From: Candidatus Iainarchaeum sp.
GTDB taxonomy: Archaea > Iainarchaeota > Iainarchaeia > Iainarchaeales > JAXPJC01
Direction of reading: 5' to 3'
DNA: 64,000 bases
Assembly (NCBI GenBank): GCA_016187745.1
Contig: JACPJC010000007.1
Location: 1-64,000 of the forward strand
The notes below the pieces were generated by a model. It was given only the letters and a program-made list of their open reading frames with translations, ran no database searches and was not told the DNA's origin. The translations under genes were made by a program, and so were the position numbers. Positions 39,663 through 50,723 of the stretch are shown piece by piece. Each line of letters opens with the position of its first letter. The stretch's first letter is position 1.

Positions 39663-42600
39663 CTAAGAAGTGTGATCCGTATGCCCTGCTGCTTCAACTG
39701 CGCTTCCCGTGCCCTTATCAGGATTCCAGAATATGTCTGCGCTGTTGGCTGTTGTGTTTATGCAGAGCTCCCCGCTGCTTATCTTTTCCGGTATTGCCAA
39801 TGGATTGAATTTCGCAAGCTCCTCGGTGCCCAACCCCGTGTTTAACGCAATTTCCTTGGTTCCTGCTTCTTTGGCCCAGTCAATTAGCGTTCCTCCAATG
39901 TCTGTAATGTCAGCGCCGCAGAATATCTGCAGGCTATACGCATATTTCGCAGGCAGATACGCAACAGTCTTGAGGTCTATCTCGCCCTGCATTGTTGCCT
40001 TGCTCCAGAGCAATGCGTGGGACATGCTCGTGCCTGCGCATAGCGCCCCCTGCGATGAATAGATTTCATTTATTGCAGCCCCCTTCGCAAGCGGATTTCC
40101 CCCGAAATCCATTCCTGCGGCCGCAACAACCCAGTTAAATATGGGCTCCCTTTCGGGAATGCTTATGACTCCTTCCAGGCCTTCTTTTGGCGTTTCCACT
40201 AGTGCAGCTATTGCCGTCCCGGATGACAATTCATAGAATATCCCCGCGCCCCTGCTTAAATCATTCTTGAATATTGCCAGGTTTATTTTAACTGCAACGC
40301 TCGGGCTGTATGTGAATTTGTCATTATCCCTGTCAATGCTCAATACAACGCCATTTCTCATTGAGCTGTAGCTCTTGTTCTGCACGAGTTTGAAGTGCTC
40401 AGCGCCTTTTGTAGTGCCGCTCGGGAGCGCCCTTATGGATTCAACAACCCCAAGCAGGCTCGAGGATGTACTTTCTGGCGCGGTTTTACCTTTTTTCTCA
40501 CAATCCTCATTACATGCTGCAAGCACCGTGGGCTCTGCAGTGGCCCATGTGGTTCCATAGCCGTCCCTGTTTAATATGTCTTTGTCTGTGTCCTTCCCTT
40601 CCTTATCCTTCTCCTTTTCAAGGCCGACTTCGCCATCTATCGGCATATAGAAGAACAAATTGTTCTGCATTTTCTCACCAAATTTAGAAGATTCAGGCTT
40701 TGAAGTGTCTACACTAACAGTTATAAGTGGGGCATCTGCAGTTATTGCAGGAACATTTGGATCAGCAAACACATACTTTATTTTCACGTCATAAAGCGCT
40801 GGCTTATCGACAACAAGCTCCCCGCCAGAGCCGTTCAATAAATTCCACGTGGTGAAATCCCCAACCAGGCTTGAAAGAAATCCCTTTTTAGTTGCGAATT
40901 CTTTGAAATCAGCCTTGAAGTCCGGGGAATAGCCATCGCGCATCAGATAGGACTTGAATTCAACATTTTCAGTATGGAAATATTTTCCATCAGCAGCAGC
41001 ATCAGGCGGCGGATAATAGCCAGCATACCCTGCCCCGGAAAGGAAAGTAACAAAGTCATCATTTTCCATGCCGTTCTTCAAAATAGCCTCTATTTGTGGT
41101 TTTGTCAAAATCGGCTTGTGCCTTATGCCCGCAACAAATTTCAGCGCGCCTTTTAACGGGCTGTAAATGTTCACAAGCCATTCCTTGCTTATGAACGTGT
41201 GCGTTGCTGAATCCTTCTGCCATGCAGCCCAATCAATAGGCTTTTGAACTGTAATCCACAAAAATTTCCTTCCAGCATAATCTTTTTTTGCTTGGTCCCA
41301 AATAGCAGAATCCAGATCTGAATTAGGGTCAAGTTGACTAATAACACAGAATTTATAATTCACATTAGTTTCTTTGCCGCAATCATTAGCATATATCGTA
41401 CCATCAATTTTATCTGCATTTTTAATCGCATCATAAATCTTCCCGTAAAATACGTAGAAGTCCTCGTAGGTCATTAGCCATTTTCCCGTTACTGAATTTC
41501 TTTCGGCACCCAATTCTTCCAATATTGGCCTGTCAGAATCTGTCAGGCCTTTAATGTTGATTTCAACAACCACATCACTCATATTTTTAGGAGCCGGCAG
41601 TTCTGCAGGGTTGCCATAAGCGCTCAATGCCTTGACCCCTGTTGTGCCCAAGCCGGCATTTATGCTTTCGGATTTTGCATTGAGCAGTTTCACATTCGTT
41701 ATGGATTTGGAGTCAGGGCTCTCAAGTATGCCCTGCTTACTGTCAACAAAGAACTGATATCTTTCAGTGATACTATTTACTTTGTTGTTCAGGCTTTCAA
41801 TATAAATTTTTTCTTTAACAAACCTGAAGAAATTTTCGGAGTCCTTGAGATCGCCAATGGGCTTTCCAATCATCTCTTTGTCTGCAAATTCATAACTATT
41901 ATCAGGGTAGAGAGAATTAACTTTTTCTGCCAGCTTCTTGATTTCCCCTGCCTTTTTGTTGAGCGCAATGCTGAATTGGGTTGCATCGCACACAGTGTAA
42001 TTCTCGCCTGAGCCTTCTTTTTTGTCGCAGGCATTCTTTAAGATGCTGGCCCAGGTCCACGAATATTTCAGGTGCCTGAACCCGTATTGGTCGTATGCCG
42101 CGCTTCCCGTGTTTTCTGAAGTGCATTTAAGCGCAGCAGCCGGCTTTATGGGGATTGAGACAACATTTTTGCCCTTTATGCAGAGCTTGAAAGGCAGCTC
42201 ATAGCGCCTTGTTATCCCAAGCGAAGGCCTTGTGGCCGTAATGCGCAGCTTTTCATCAAATCTTTCAGTTGCGCCGTCCGGCAGCGCGCTTGCATCAACC
42301 GTAACCCTTATGTCGTGGCTGTTCTGTATTGTTTCAAAATTGACCCTAGTCCCGCGGCTGCCCAGCAATTCTGTTCGCTCAAGCATTATTTTGTCGCTTG
42401 TGCCGCAGAGCTTCGGCGATATTCTCATCACCCAGTTCTTATTATCAGCAGGGGAATAGCCAAGCAAATAGCCCCCGAACAAGGGCGCTTCTCCCTCAGG
42501 CGGATGCACAAGTATTGTTCCTTCCTTGAACAATCCCGTGTCGGTTACAGAAATGCAGTTGTCCGAGTCGCCTGCAATAATATTCTGCAGGTTGAGCGCA

Positions 42601-45600
42601 TCCTTGTTTATGCACAGGTCCAAATCCACTTTCGGGTCCCCGAAAATATCCTCCTGCGGCAGCGCCCCTGCGGCAAGCCACAGGTCTTCAAGGACAACAT
42701 TGAATGGGATGCGCTCGCGCGTCCCATAGCGGGTTATGAACTCAACGCTCATTGTTGCGCGGCTTTCCACGGTGTAGTAGCCGGCAGTAAGCGCATAGCG
42801 CAGATTCCCTATCTGCTGTATCGGGTTTGTGGATGTGAGATTTGCGCCTCCTCCCCTGTACTGCACGTCCTTTATTATTTCAAACTGCAGTATTTCCCTT
42901 GTATGGTCCCCTGCGCCTTCAGTGTAGATCGCAGTAACGCTTACTTCCTTTGCAAGCCTCAATTGCTCCGGAGCGGGCGTTTTTCCCGGCTCGGCGCTTA
43001 TCGGAGGGGTTGTATACATTGAGCCCTCGCTTATTTTTATTGAATCGGCACTGTAAATGAGCCTTACCCCTGAATCATAGCAATCATTGAATACTTTCCC
43101 GGAAACGGGCTTTCCAATGAAGCTATTGAACTTGAATTTCTTCTTGTCAAGCTGGACGCAATCAAACCATGTCTTTGTGAATATGTTGCTCACACTGACC
43201 ATTAGCGTTGTTATTGTCGTGCTTGCATCCTTTGAATCCTTTACGCGCGCTTTCACATCAATCGGATAGTTCCCTACCATGTAAGCCGCCTGCACCTCGC
43301 TCTCAAGCTCCTCTCCCGCGGAAAGCGCAGTTGTTGCCTTATCAACAATGAGCGCAGGGTCTGAGGAAAGCGAAATTTCAACAGCGCTTGAGCAGTTATT
43401 GCGCACCGTAAAGGAAGTTTTGCCGCAGTTGAAGCTTGAGCCATAAGCGCCAATGCCGCCGCCAATTCCGCCATAGCCGCCTGTTCCATAATCGCTTCCG
43501 TAGAACGGCTGCTGGTAATTTGAAGAGGGATAATTGTTTGCATAAAGTTGATCGTAATTTCCAAGCCAGGGCTGCTGGTTCGGTGTGTAGCCCCACTGCT
43601 GATAGGGATTATAATTTGCTCCGGAAAAGCCGCCCATGCCGCTGAATCCAGGCCCGCCGCCACTGCCTCCAAAGCCACCGCCAAATCCAAAGTTTCCATA
43701 ATTTCCATAGCCCATATTGTACGGGCAGCTTTCAATTGCAAGCGCAGCGCTCTGTATTACTTCCACGCACTCCTGGAGGTCATTTACCTTTGCATTAACT
43801 TTCAGCTGCGTTGAAATTTCCTCATCCCCGCGCGTGGTTTTGTTTATTGCCTTGAAAATTATATTGTAAGTGGCTTCGCCGCTTGTAACGTCCTCAGGCT
43901 CAAATTCTAATTTGATGGTTGCGCTTGCCCCTGCCTCAATTAAGGGCGCAATTTCAGCATATGTGTTTGTAAGCGAAACATCGCTTGAATCCTCAATGTC
44001 AGAGGAAATTTCAAATGTGCCCAAAGCGTTGTCATTCGCCTGCGTCATTTTTACGGAGAGCTCGCGCAATACTATTCCCTCGCCTCCAACCTCGCAGTTG
44101 TTCTGCAGGGCAATGCTCAGCGTCTTGCTCCCTGTTGATGCGAACAAATCCCATGTGCCCGGGTTTATTGTGAGGCATGAGGAATCATCCGCTTCCGCCC
44201 CGAAGCCGATTGTAATATTTACAGGAACAGAAATGCGCCATGTTGCGCTCGCATCAGTGCTTTCAAGGCTTATGTCTATGCTTGCGGAAAGCTTTGTTAT
44301 CTCATCAACGCGCTTCCCCTCATCAGTCAGGTCAAGTATTATCCCTATATTGAAATCCTCCCCTTTCGGAAGGGCACTGTCCTCGTATGTGTCAGCGAAA
44401 GTTATTGTTGCAAGCCCGTCCAAATCGCCGGAAGCGCTTATTGAGGAAATCATCAGCGGGAGTTCGGTTATGTTGTTGAGGAGCAGTTCCACATCCTTTC
44501 TATCCGAACCGGCAATTGTAAGGGTCTCATTTATTTTTTCAGGGCTTATTTCAAGTATGTCCTCGCTCACGCCCATTGAAAGCGAATTCTGCTTGTAGTT
44601 GGATTTTTCCGCGCGGAATTCAAGGGAAGTTCCCGAACTTACCGAAGCAAGGGCATATGCGAATATTCCATTGAAATCAGTTGTTCCTGAAGCTAGCGTT
44701 GTTCCGTTCTTGAGTATTGTTACAACAGCATCAGCAAGCGCGCTCCCATCATTGGAATCAGTTACCCTTATGAGCAAATTATTCTGCACAAATGGAACAA
44801 TAATTTTCGGCAGCACTTCAACGCTCAGCGCTTTTGCGCCGGCAATATTTATGGAGATTGATTTCTGCATCACCTTCTCATTCCCTGAAATGAGCTCCAT
44901 TCTCAGCAAAGTGCTTCCCTCCTTTGCGGTCCTGAAGCCGAGGTTGCCATAGAACTTGCTGTTTGTTGCGGCATCCCCCACATCAATTTCAAGCGAGGCC
45001 CCCGTAAGCGTTCCGGGTATTTTAGCCCCTGTAACGGTCGTAATCTCATATCCCGAAAACCCAAGGCTGCCTGTCTCATTGTAAATTTTGAGTTTGGAAC
45101 TTGCGAATGTTGTTGAAGCTTTGCTTGTTATTGTGAATATGAGCTTGTAGTCATTTGAAACCTTCGCGGAATAGGAATCCACGATCGAGGTCTGCAGGTT
45201 CCCGGAAGCAATGTCCTCAATTATCAGGCGGTAGCAGAAAACATCATCGCACAAATTGCTCGGCCCTATTGACAATGGCAGTGAATTCGTCTGCGCATAG
45301 AGCGCCTGCTTGCTTCCAGAACTTTCGCTGCTCCCTAGCGTTGAGTCCGTCGGGAATCTCACATATGCGCCCTTCTTCCCCCAGCCCCTGTACTGCAGTT
45401 CAGTAAGGGTTCCGATTGCAATTCCATCTTTTACAATTATTTCGGCTTCCGCATCGTAAATCCCGTCAGAGGCGTTCTTCCACACGATGTTTGACCATTT
45501 CGCATTTCCTGTTGTGAGATGCAATGCATCAGTCGCATAATTGTTCGGGGGCGTGTAGGAAGAGCCCTTTGTCATTCCCGAAGTTGAGGCGTAAATATTG

Positions 45601-47588
45601 CGCAGGTATATGGGATCCTTTTCCATTATCAGCGCGTCATCGCTCCCCGCCCTTATGTGCATTCCCGCCTCATCAAAGCTTGAATTTGCAGGAATCAGCA
45701 ATTGCAGCTTTGCGATGTATTTCTGCCCCGGGCTTAACGAATCCGCAATTTCCAGATCCTCAGTTGCGAAAATCCCAAGGACTTTCACTTCAAGCTTTGC
45801 AATGTCCTTTGCGAGCGCAATCTCAATATTCTGCGTGACATCCCTTATTGGCAGATATGCGATTGTCGTGTGCTTCAGGTAGCCTGAAGCGCTTGCAACA
45901 AAGTATATCTTCCTGTCAATCCTCTCATCAATTGCCTTTGTCCCCTGCAAATTTGTTGTGTTCTCCGAAAGCCTTGCGTTTGTGTATGCGTTGTATACCT
46001 CAACCTTTGCTGCGGCAAGCGGCTTCTGCTCGTTGTCAAGGACGCTTACATTGAATGTTCCGCTTCCAATTGCAAGCCTTACAACGACTGAATTTTCCTC
46101 CCTTGCTATTACCGCAGTAACATCGCTTACCGCGGAGCCAAACCCTGTTTTCAGTACTTCCGCATAGTAATTGCCGGGCTCAAGCCTCTCAAATGCCACT
46201 TCCCCGTTTATGCCTGTCGAAAGCTCGCTTCCCACAATTGAATCATCCGAAGCCCTGTGCAGCCTTACCTTCACATCTTCCACAGGGAGCGCAAACTCAT
46301 CAACAACTTTCACTTTCAGCGAGTTTGCATTTGCAGAGGTTGCAGGCGCAAGCAGCACATCAACAAAAGCAGCGGACTTCTGCACTTGTGTGAGGGTTTT
46401 GAGCATATATGCGGGATGGTCTATGACAATATCATATAGAACATTCTCTGCAACATTGAATTCAACCTTCCCGTCAATTGCGCTCGGCCTGCCTGCAAGC
46501 TCTGTTCCGTCCTTTATCAGTTTTACAGTTGCGTTTGAAACAGGCGCGTTTGTGCTTGCGTCCTTCAGCAGTAGCATTATTTTCCCGACAGCCTTTGTGA
46601 AGAGCGCAATGCTCTTCTGCAGTACCGCATCAGGCAATAACTCATTTATTTCTGCCCTTCCGTCATACTCCGCATATTTTCCCGAAGCGTCATATGTTGC
46701 AAAATAATATTTTCCCGCGGGGATTTCAGAGAATACGGCGCTTCCTGAGGAGCCTGTGATTTTCTTCGCGATCTGCATCCCGCCCTCATCCTTCAGATTA
46801 ACCTCAATTCCCGCAATTGCCTGCTGAAGCTCATTCGCAACATAAACATTTATTGCCCCCTTCCCCCCTGCCTCCTCGCTTAAATACACGTCCACTGTTG
46901 CGCCTGAAGTTCCAAGCTCAATAGCATCCTGCTCGGTTGTAAATCCGTTTTTTGGAGCAGCATACAGAATTCCGCAGTTCTCCGGAATTCCGCTGAGCTC
47001 AATTACCCCGTTGCTGGTTGTTTTTGTTTCGCTGTATTCCGAAGCAGCGCTGCAGGAGAATTCAACCGCCACTTCCTTCTTCACAAGCTCTGTTGTTCCC
47101 TTCTCAAGCAGCTGTATTGTCCTTGAAAGCGTTTTGCGCAATAATTCAAGCACCAATGGAAGCGATTCGCTCCCGCTTTTTGCTGTAAACCTCATCGCCT
47201 TGTCCTTGTAGCCGGATTTTGTTATTTTTATCCCGACTTCCTGCCCTATTGGAAGTTTTGCAAGGAACTTTCCCTCATCAGTTGTATTTCCGGTTTGCAC
47301 TATCCCATTGGGGAGCGTAATTATCACATCGGCATTTGCAATTGCCCCCGCATCAGAAGAAACGCTGAGCATTATGCTTGAAGTGCCAGGCGCAATAATA
47401 CCATAAGCAATAAATCCAATTCCCGCAATTAGTGCAATCAAAACAACCAGCGCAATCGGAAAAGTAGGAATTCCCCTGTCCTCAAACGCATCAACAAGCG
47501 AATAAATTGGAAGCCCATGCGCATCTACCCAGTCAAGGAACCTGTAATATCCGTCCTCCGCCTTGAAATATATGTCCTTCAGAGCCAT
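39663..47588 (-). CDS. Giant surface protein paralog 3 (2641 aa)
   Basis: EDGYY N-motif, TM, prealbumin-like repeats, G/Y/N/Q-rich insert, CDATQF, FYMPIDG, IFWNP. Confidence 0.9.
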   Translation of the reverse strand: MALKDIYFKAEDGYYRFLDWVDAHGLPIYSLVDAFEDRGIPTFPIALVVLIALIAGIGFIAYGIIAPGTSSIMLSVSSDAGAIANADVIITLPNGIVQTGNTTDEGKFLAKLPIGQEVGIKITKSGYKDKAMRFTAKSGSESLPLVLELLRKTLSRTIQLLEKGTTELVKKEVAVEFSCSAASEYSETKTTSNGVIELSGIPENCGILYAAPKNGFTTEQDAIELGTSGATVDVYLSEEAGGKGAINVYVANELQQAIAGIEVNLKDEGGMQIAKKITGSSGSAVFSEIPAGKYYFATYDASGKYAEYDGRAEINELLPDAVLQKSIALFTKAVGKIMLLLKDASTNAPVSNATVKLIKDGTELAGRPSAIDGKVEFNVAENVLYDIVIDHPAYMLKTLTQVQKSAAFVDVLLAPATSANANSLKVKVVDEFALPVEDVKVRLHRASDDSIVGSELSTGINGEVAFERLEPGNYYAEVLKTGFGSAVSDVTAVIAREENSVVVRLAIGSGTFNVSVLDNEQKPLAAAKVEVYNAYTNARLSENTTNLQGTKAIDERIDRKIYFVASASGYLKHTTIAYLPIRDVTQNIEIALAKDIAKLEVKVLGIFATEDLEIADSLSPGQKYIAKLQLLIPANSSFDEAGMHIRAGSDDALIMEKDPIYLRNIYASTSGMTKGSSYTPPNNYATDALHLTTGNAKWSNIVWKNASDGIYDAEAEIIVKDGIAIGTLTELQYRGWGKKGAYVRFPTDSTLGSSESSGSKQALYAQTNSLPLSIGPSNLCDDVFCYRLIIEDIASGNLQTSIVDSYSAKVSNDYKLIFTITSKASTTFASSKLKIYNETGSLGFSGYEITTVTGAKIPGTLTGASLEIDVGDAATNSKFYGNLGFRTAKEGSTLLRMELISGNEKVMQKSISINIAGAKALSVEVLPKIIVPFVQNNLLIRVTDSNDGSALADAVVTILKNGTTLASGTTDFNGIFAYALASVSSGTSLEFRAEKSNYKQNSLSMGVSEDILEISPEKINETLTIAGSDRKDVELLLNNITELPLMISSISASGDLDGLATITFADTYEDSALPKGEDFNIGIILDLTDEGKRVDEITKLSASIDISLESTDASATWRISVPVNITIGFGAEADDSSCLTINPGTWDLFASTGSKTLSIALQNNCEVGGEGIVLRELSVKMTQANDNALGTFEISSDIEDSSDVSLTNTYAEIAPLIEAGASATIKLEFEPEDVTSGEATYNIIFKAINKTTRGDEEISTQLKVNAKVNDLQECVEVIQSAALAIESCPYNMGYGNYGNFGFGGGFGGSGGGPGFSGMGGFSGANYNPYQQWGYTPNQQPWLGNYDQLYANNYPSSNYQQPFYGSDYGTGGYGGIGGGIGAYGSSFNCGKTSFTVRNNCSSAVEISLSSDPALIVDKATTALSAGEELESEVQAAYMVGNYPIDVKARVKDSKDASTTITTLMVSVSNIFTKTWFDCVQLDKKKFKFNSFIGKPVSGKVFNDCYDSGVRLIYSADSIKISEGSMYTTPPISAEPGKTPAPEQLRLAKEVSVTAIYTEGAGDHTREILQFEIIKDVQYRGGGANLTSTNPIQQIGNLRYALTAGYYTVESRATMSVEFITRYGTRERIPFNVVLEDLWLAAGALPQEDIFGDPKVDLDLCINKDALNLQNIIAGDSDNCISVTDTGLFKEGTILVHPPEGEAPLFGGYLLGYSPADNKNWVMRISPKLCGTSDKIMLERTELLGSRGTRVNFETIQNSHDIRVTVDASALPDGATERFDEKLRITATRPSLGITRRYELPFKLCIKGKNVVSIPIKPAAALKCTSENTGSAAYDQYGFRHLKYSWTWASILKNACDKKEGSGENYTVCDATQFSIALNKKAGEIKKLAEKVNSLYPDNSYEFADKEMIGKPIGDLKDSENFFRFVKEKIYIESLNNKVNSITERYQFFVDSKQGILESPDSKSITNVKLLNAKSESINAGLGTTGVKALSAYGNPAELPAPKNMSDVVVEINIKGLTDSDRPILEELGAERNSVTGKWLMTYEDFYVFYGKIYDAIKNADKIDGTIYANDCGKETNVNYKFCVISQLDPNSDLDSAIWDQAKKDYAGRKFLWITVQKPIDWAAWQKDSATHTFISKEWLVNIYSPLKGALKFVAGIRHKPILTKPQIEAILKNGMENDDFVTFLSGAGYAGYYPPPDAAADGKYFHTENVEFKSYLMRDGYSPDFKADFKEFATKKGFLSSLVGDFTTWNLLNGSGGELVVDKPALYDVKIKYVFADPNVPAITADAPLITVSVDTSKPESSKFGEKMQNNLFFYMPIDGEVGLEKEKDKEGKDTDKDILNRDGYGTTWATAEPTVLAACNEDCEKKGKTAPESTSSSLLGVVESIRALPSGTTKGAEHFKLVQNKSYSSMRNGVVLSIDRDNDKFTYSPSVAVKINLAIFKNDLSRGAGIFYELSSGTAIAALVETPKEGLEGVISIPEREPIFNWVVAAAGMDFGGNPLAKGAAINEIYSSQGALCAGTSMSHALLWSKATMQGEIDLKTVAYLPAKYAYSLQIFCGADITDIGGTLIDWAKEAGTKEIALNTGLGTEELAKFNPLAIPEKISSGELCINTTANSADIFWNPDKGTGSAVEAAGHTDHTS

Positions 47589-47704
47589 CTAATCACTCAA
47601 TAATTATATATAATGAATATCCGCCTTTATTTACTTTGCGTTTGCCGGTTTTAGCAGTTCCGCGCCGTTTCTATTATTCATTTAATGTTTATATATTTAT
47701 TCAT

Positions 47705-48916
47705 TCAGGATAGCAGCCATTTCCAGACAGGCTTTACAATTATGTGCCTGTTTTTAATCTCCAGCCTGTCTTCCTGGTTGTTTGTGAGTATAAGCCCCTC
47801 CCTGAGATTGAATTTTTCGAGCGCTTCAAGCAGGCCATTTATTTCCCTTTCCTTATTGTCTTCATCAAGCCCCCAGCATACTTGGATTGCCCTTGTTATT
47901 TTTTCCCTTTCCTTTACAAGAAAGTCACATTCATTCTTTTCCCTGAAATAAAAAATTTGCTGGTTTTTTCTCCTCAACCCAAGGAAAACAGCATTTTCAA
48001 GCATCCTTCCATTATCTGAAGAAAAGGAAGCCGAATTTACGCTTGCCAGCCCGTTGTCTATTGCATATATCTTTTTCAGGCTAACCAGCTGCTTTTTCAG
48101 CGAATAATCAAACTTCGGGAGCGCAAACAGCAGATAGCAGTCCTCAAGATATGAAATGAATGCAATTGCGCTGTTTGTGGAGCCGAGCGAAAATAGCTTT
48201 TTTATGCCGTTATATGAGAATTCCTTCCCAATGTTTGTAAGCAGAAATACCGCAATCCGTTTGACTGTTTTCAGGTTTCTCAGCCCATATCTCACTACAA
48301 CATCCCTCGCAATAACATCGTTCAGCAATTCCTGGAGTATTTCAGCCTTTTCGCTTTTCAGGTATTCAGGGAAGCCGCCCTTGCAGAGGTAATCCTCAAA
48401 TGCGGCATGGCTCGGCTTCCTGCCCTTTAGCGTGAGGAATTCAGCAAATGAGAAAGGGAAAAGCTCATAGCGCAAATGCCTCCCTGTAAGCCTTGTCCCA
48501 AGCTCTCTGCTCAGAAGAGAGGCATTTGAGCCGGTAATTACAAAGTGCTTTTTATTGTCCAGCATTGTCCGCACAAAAAGCTCCCATTTCTGGACATTCT
48601 GGATTTCATCAAAAAAATAATAATCGCTCCTGCCAAACTCCTCCAAAAACACATCATTGAGCTTCTGGAAATCCGAAACTTCAAAGCCAGCCGCCCTCGG
48701 GTCCTCAAAATTGAAATAATAAAAACCATTTGTTTTTTTTATCAGCTGGCGGAGCAGGGTGCTCTTTCCGCAGCGCCTTATGCCTGAGAGAATCATTGCA
48801 AAAGGCAGCTTCAGGTCAAGCTCCCTGTTTTTCTCCCGCACTATCCCATAATCAGCACCAGAAAGCGAATCACGCTGGGAGCGCACAATGCCCCTCAAAG
48901 TTTCCTTAAGCAGCAT
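47705..48916 (-). CDS. AAA+ ATPase (AAA_14) with DUF4143 C-terminal domain
   Basis: GIRRCGKST, FFDEIQ, ITGSNA, LTGR, GGFPE, KKIYAIDNG, LENAV, ECDF. Confidence 0.92.
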   Translation of the reverse strand: MLLKETLRGIVRSQRDSLSGADYGIVREKNRELDLKLPFAMILSGIRRCGKSTLLRQLIKKTNGFYYFNFEDPRAAGFEVSDFQKLNDVFLEEFGRSDYYFFDEIQNVQKWELFVRTMLDNKKHFVITGSNASLLSRELGTRLTGRHLRYELFPFSFAEFLTLKGRKPSHAAFEDYLCKGGFPEYLKSEKAEILQELLNDVIARDVVVRYGLRNLKTVKRIAVFLLTNIGKEFSYNGIKKLFSLGSTNSAIAFISYLEDCYLLFALPKFDYSLKKQLVSLKKIYAIDNGLASVNSASFSSDNGRMLENAVFLGLRRKNQQIFYFREKNECDFLVKEREKITRAIQVCWGLDEDNKEREINGLLEALEKFNLREGLILTNNQEDRLEIKNRHIIVKPVWKWLLS

Positions 48917-48951
48917 AATAATATCCTTATCCGCATGGTTTTTTAAATGTT

Positions 48952-48993
48952 TTCATTACTAATGCACACTTTTGTTCATTACTAATGCACACT
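48952..48993. repeat. Tandem 19-bp direct repeat with internal palindrome; operator candidate
   Basis: TTCATTACTAATGCACACT at 48952 and 48975; core CATTA-c-TAATG. Confidence 0.75.
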
Positions 48994-49017
48994 ATAGGAT
49001 ACAACTCGGATACGCTC

Positions 49018-50655
49018 CTATTCAGGATAGCAGCCCCCCGGGCCAATAGCTGGCTCGGCCGTTATATCCGTCCTTGAATAGCAAGTCCATTCGCTTAAAT
49101 CAACTGCTGCAAGTTCTTCCGGTGCATTAGAAAGCGCGCACGTTGGGGGAGCCGCATTAGCGCTCTTGAATTTTGCTGAGAAAGGGGTGTATGCATAATC
49201 CGCAAGCCTTATCCTGAATTCCGCGCCCATTGCCTTATTGACCTTGTAGTGCTCATTGTTCTCCCTGAAGCGCAGCTGCATTTCAACCGCGCTCACTTCG
49301 CTGCAGTAGGAAGTGCTTCCAGGATTTGCAGGAATCCCGCTGTCCCCCCCGCCGGTTTCAGGCCCCCTTGCAATTACCTTCCCGTCGGACAGATAAAAGC
49401 CGGTTCCCCCGCGCATAGCAGAGCACGGGGAATATGAATGTCCTGAATCCCCAGAACCCTCGCTTCCGCCATCATCCTGTATTATTATTTTTGAAGGCCT
49501 TGCCTGTGTAGTGGCTGAAAACAGCTCTGCAATGTCGCATGCGCTTGCTCCGCTTCCAACAAGCTCCAGCCCATCCCACTGCCTTTCAGCGCCGATAGAA
49601 TTTTTTGCAATCCCGCATATCCTTTCCTGCGCAAGCGCCTTCAGTGCGTCATTTGCGGCCTCTCCAATGCCCGAGGCATCATATGCATCAGGGTTCTGCA
49701 TCAGATTGCTAATGCCCGCGCTTCTTGACCAGCTGCCCGGGGAAAATTCGACCCTGTAATCCCCGCCCCTGTTGTCCCCCGGGCAATATTTGTCTGTATC
49801 TCCGATTGCCGAATTCGCAGAATCATAGGGGTCCTCCCTCGGAGCGCAGCTCTTTGCATCGCACATCCCGAGGCGCATTTCCTCAATCTCATTATGGACC
49901 CCCGCGGAAAACAGCCCGCCATCATTTGCAGCAAATGCAATGCTCCTTGCAATTGCAATCGCCTTGAACAATCTCAAGGGGACGAAAATCCTGAATTTTC
50001 CCTTGGGAAGGACTGGCTCCTTTATTCTCCTTCCCGTGTTCTCATTGAAAACAAGAATCTGGGGAAGCATCTCGTAATCCGGCTCTTCCAGCGACTTTAT
50101 GTCAAGCACAACATAGAAGGTTCCGGGGTTGCATTCATCAGGATTGCCATCAGGGCAGCCCACAACCTGTAAAAATTCACTCGCCCCCACGCTATTGTCA
50201 ATCGCCTTCTGCAAAGCGCCAACCATCTCAACCTCTGAACCGACAATCACAACATTATAGCTGCCGAAGCTTTTGCCTGTCGTGCCGGTGCCAAGAAGGC
50301 TTGAGATTACCTTTGCCGTGTATCTGGCAAACGCGCCCCCGCCGCTGAATTTTGAACTTGCAAAATCATTCTGCAGCTCCTGCCATGTCCTCGCTTCCGG
50401 GCCAAGGATGTAATAATTGCCGGGCTCAAGGAGATAATCGCTTATCTGCCAGCGCATATTGTAATTGAAGACCTGCATCGCATCAGCCCTGCTCAGGTCC
50501 GCAATCGCCTGCATTTCCGCCTGCTCCTCAATGCTCCTTATTATGTCAACGGTATTCCTTTCGGTCTGCATCATGTTCTGCGCAAGGAGGAGCGCAAGCA
50601 CTATAAGCACGAACGAAACAAGCGCAGTGAATAAGTTGAATGCCCTTTCGCGCAT
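49018..50655 (-). CDS. Large prepilin-like (class III signal) Cys-rich surface protein
   Basis: MRERA|FNLFTALVSFVLIVLALLL followed by a long helix; many Cys. Confidence 0.7.
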   Translation of the reverse strand: MRERAFNLFTALVSFVLIVLALLLAQNMMQTERNTVDIIRSIEEQAEMQAIADLSRADAMQVFNYNMRWQISDYLLEPGNYYILGPEARTWQELQNDFASSKFSGGGAFARYTAKVISSLLGTGTTGKSFGSYNVVIVGSEVEMVGALQKAIDNSVGASEFLQVVGCPDGNPDECNPGTFYVVLDIKSLEEPDYEMLPQILVFNENTGRRIKEPVLPKGKFRIFVPLRLFKAIAIARSIAFAANDGGLFSAGVHNEIEEMRLGMCDAKSCAPREDPYDSANSAIGDTDKYCPGDNRGGDYRVEFSPGSWSRSAGISNLMQNPDAYDASGIGEAANDALKALAQERICGIAKNSIGAERQWDGLELVGSGASACDIAELFSATTQARPSKIIIQDDGGSEGSGDSGHSYSPCSAMRGGTGFYLSDGKVIARGPETGGGDSGIPANPGSTSYCSEVSAVEMQLRFRENNEHYKVNKAMGAEFRIRLADYAYTPFSAKFKSANAAPPTCALSNAPEELAAVDLSEWTCYSRTDITAEPAIGPGGCYPE

Positions 50656-50723
50656 GAGAATCAGGACTAATAATAATTAATGGGATATATATGCGTTATG
50701 CCAAGCCTTATTGTGCCATACGG

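Noticed and set aside
48952-48993. Mini-CRISPR
   Set aside because: Only two copies, 4-bp spacer, no cas genes
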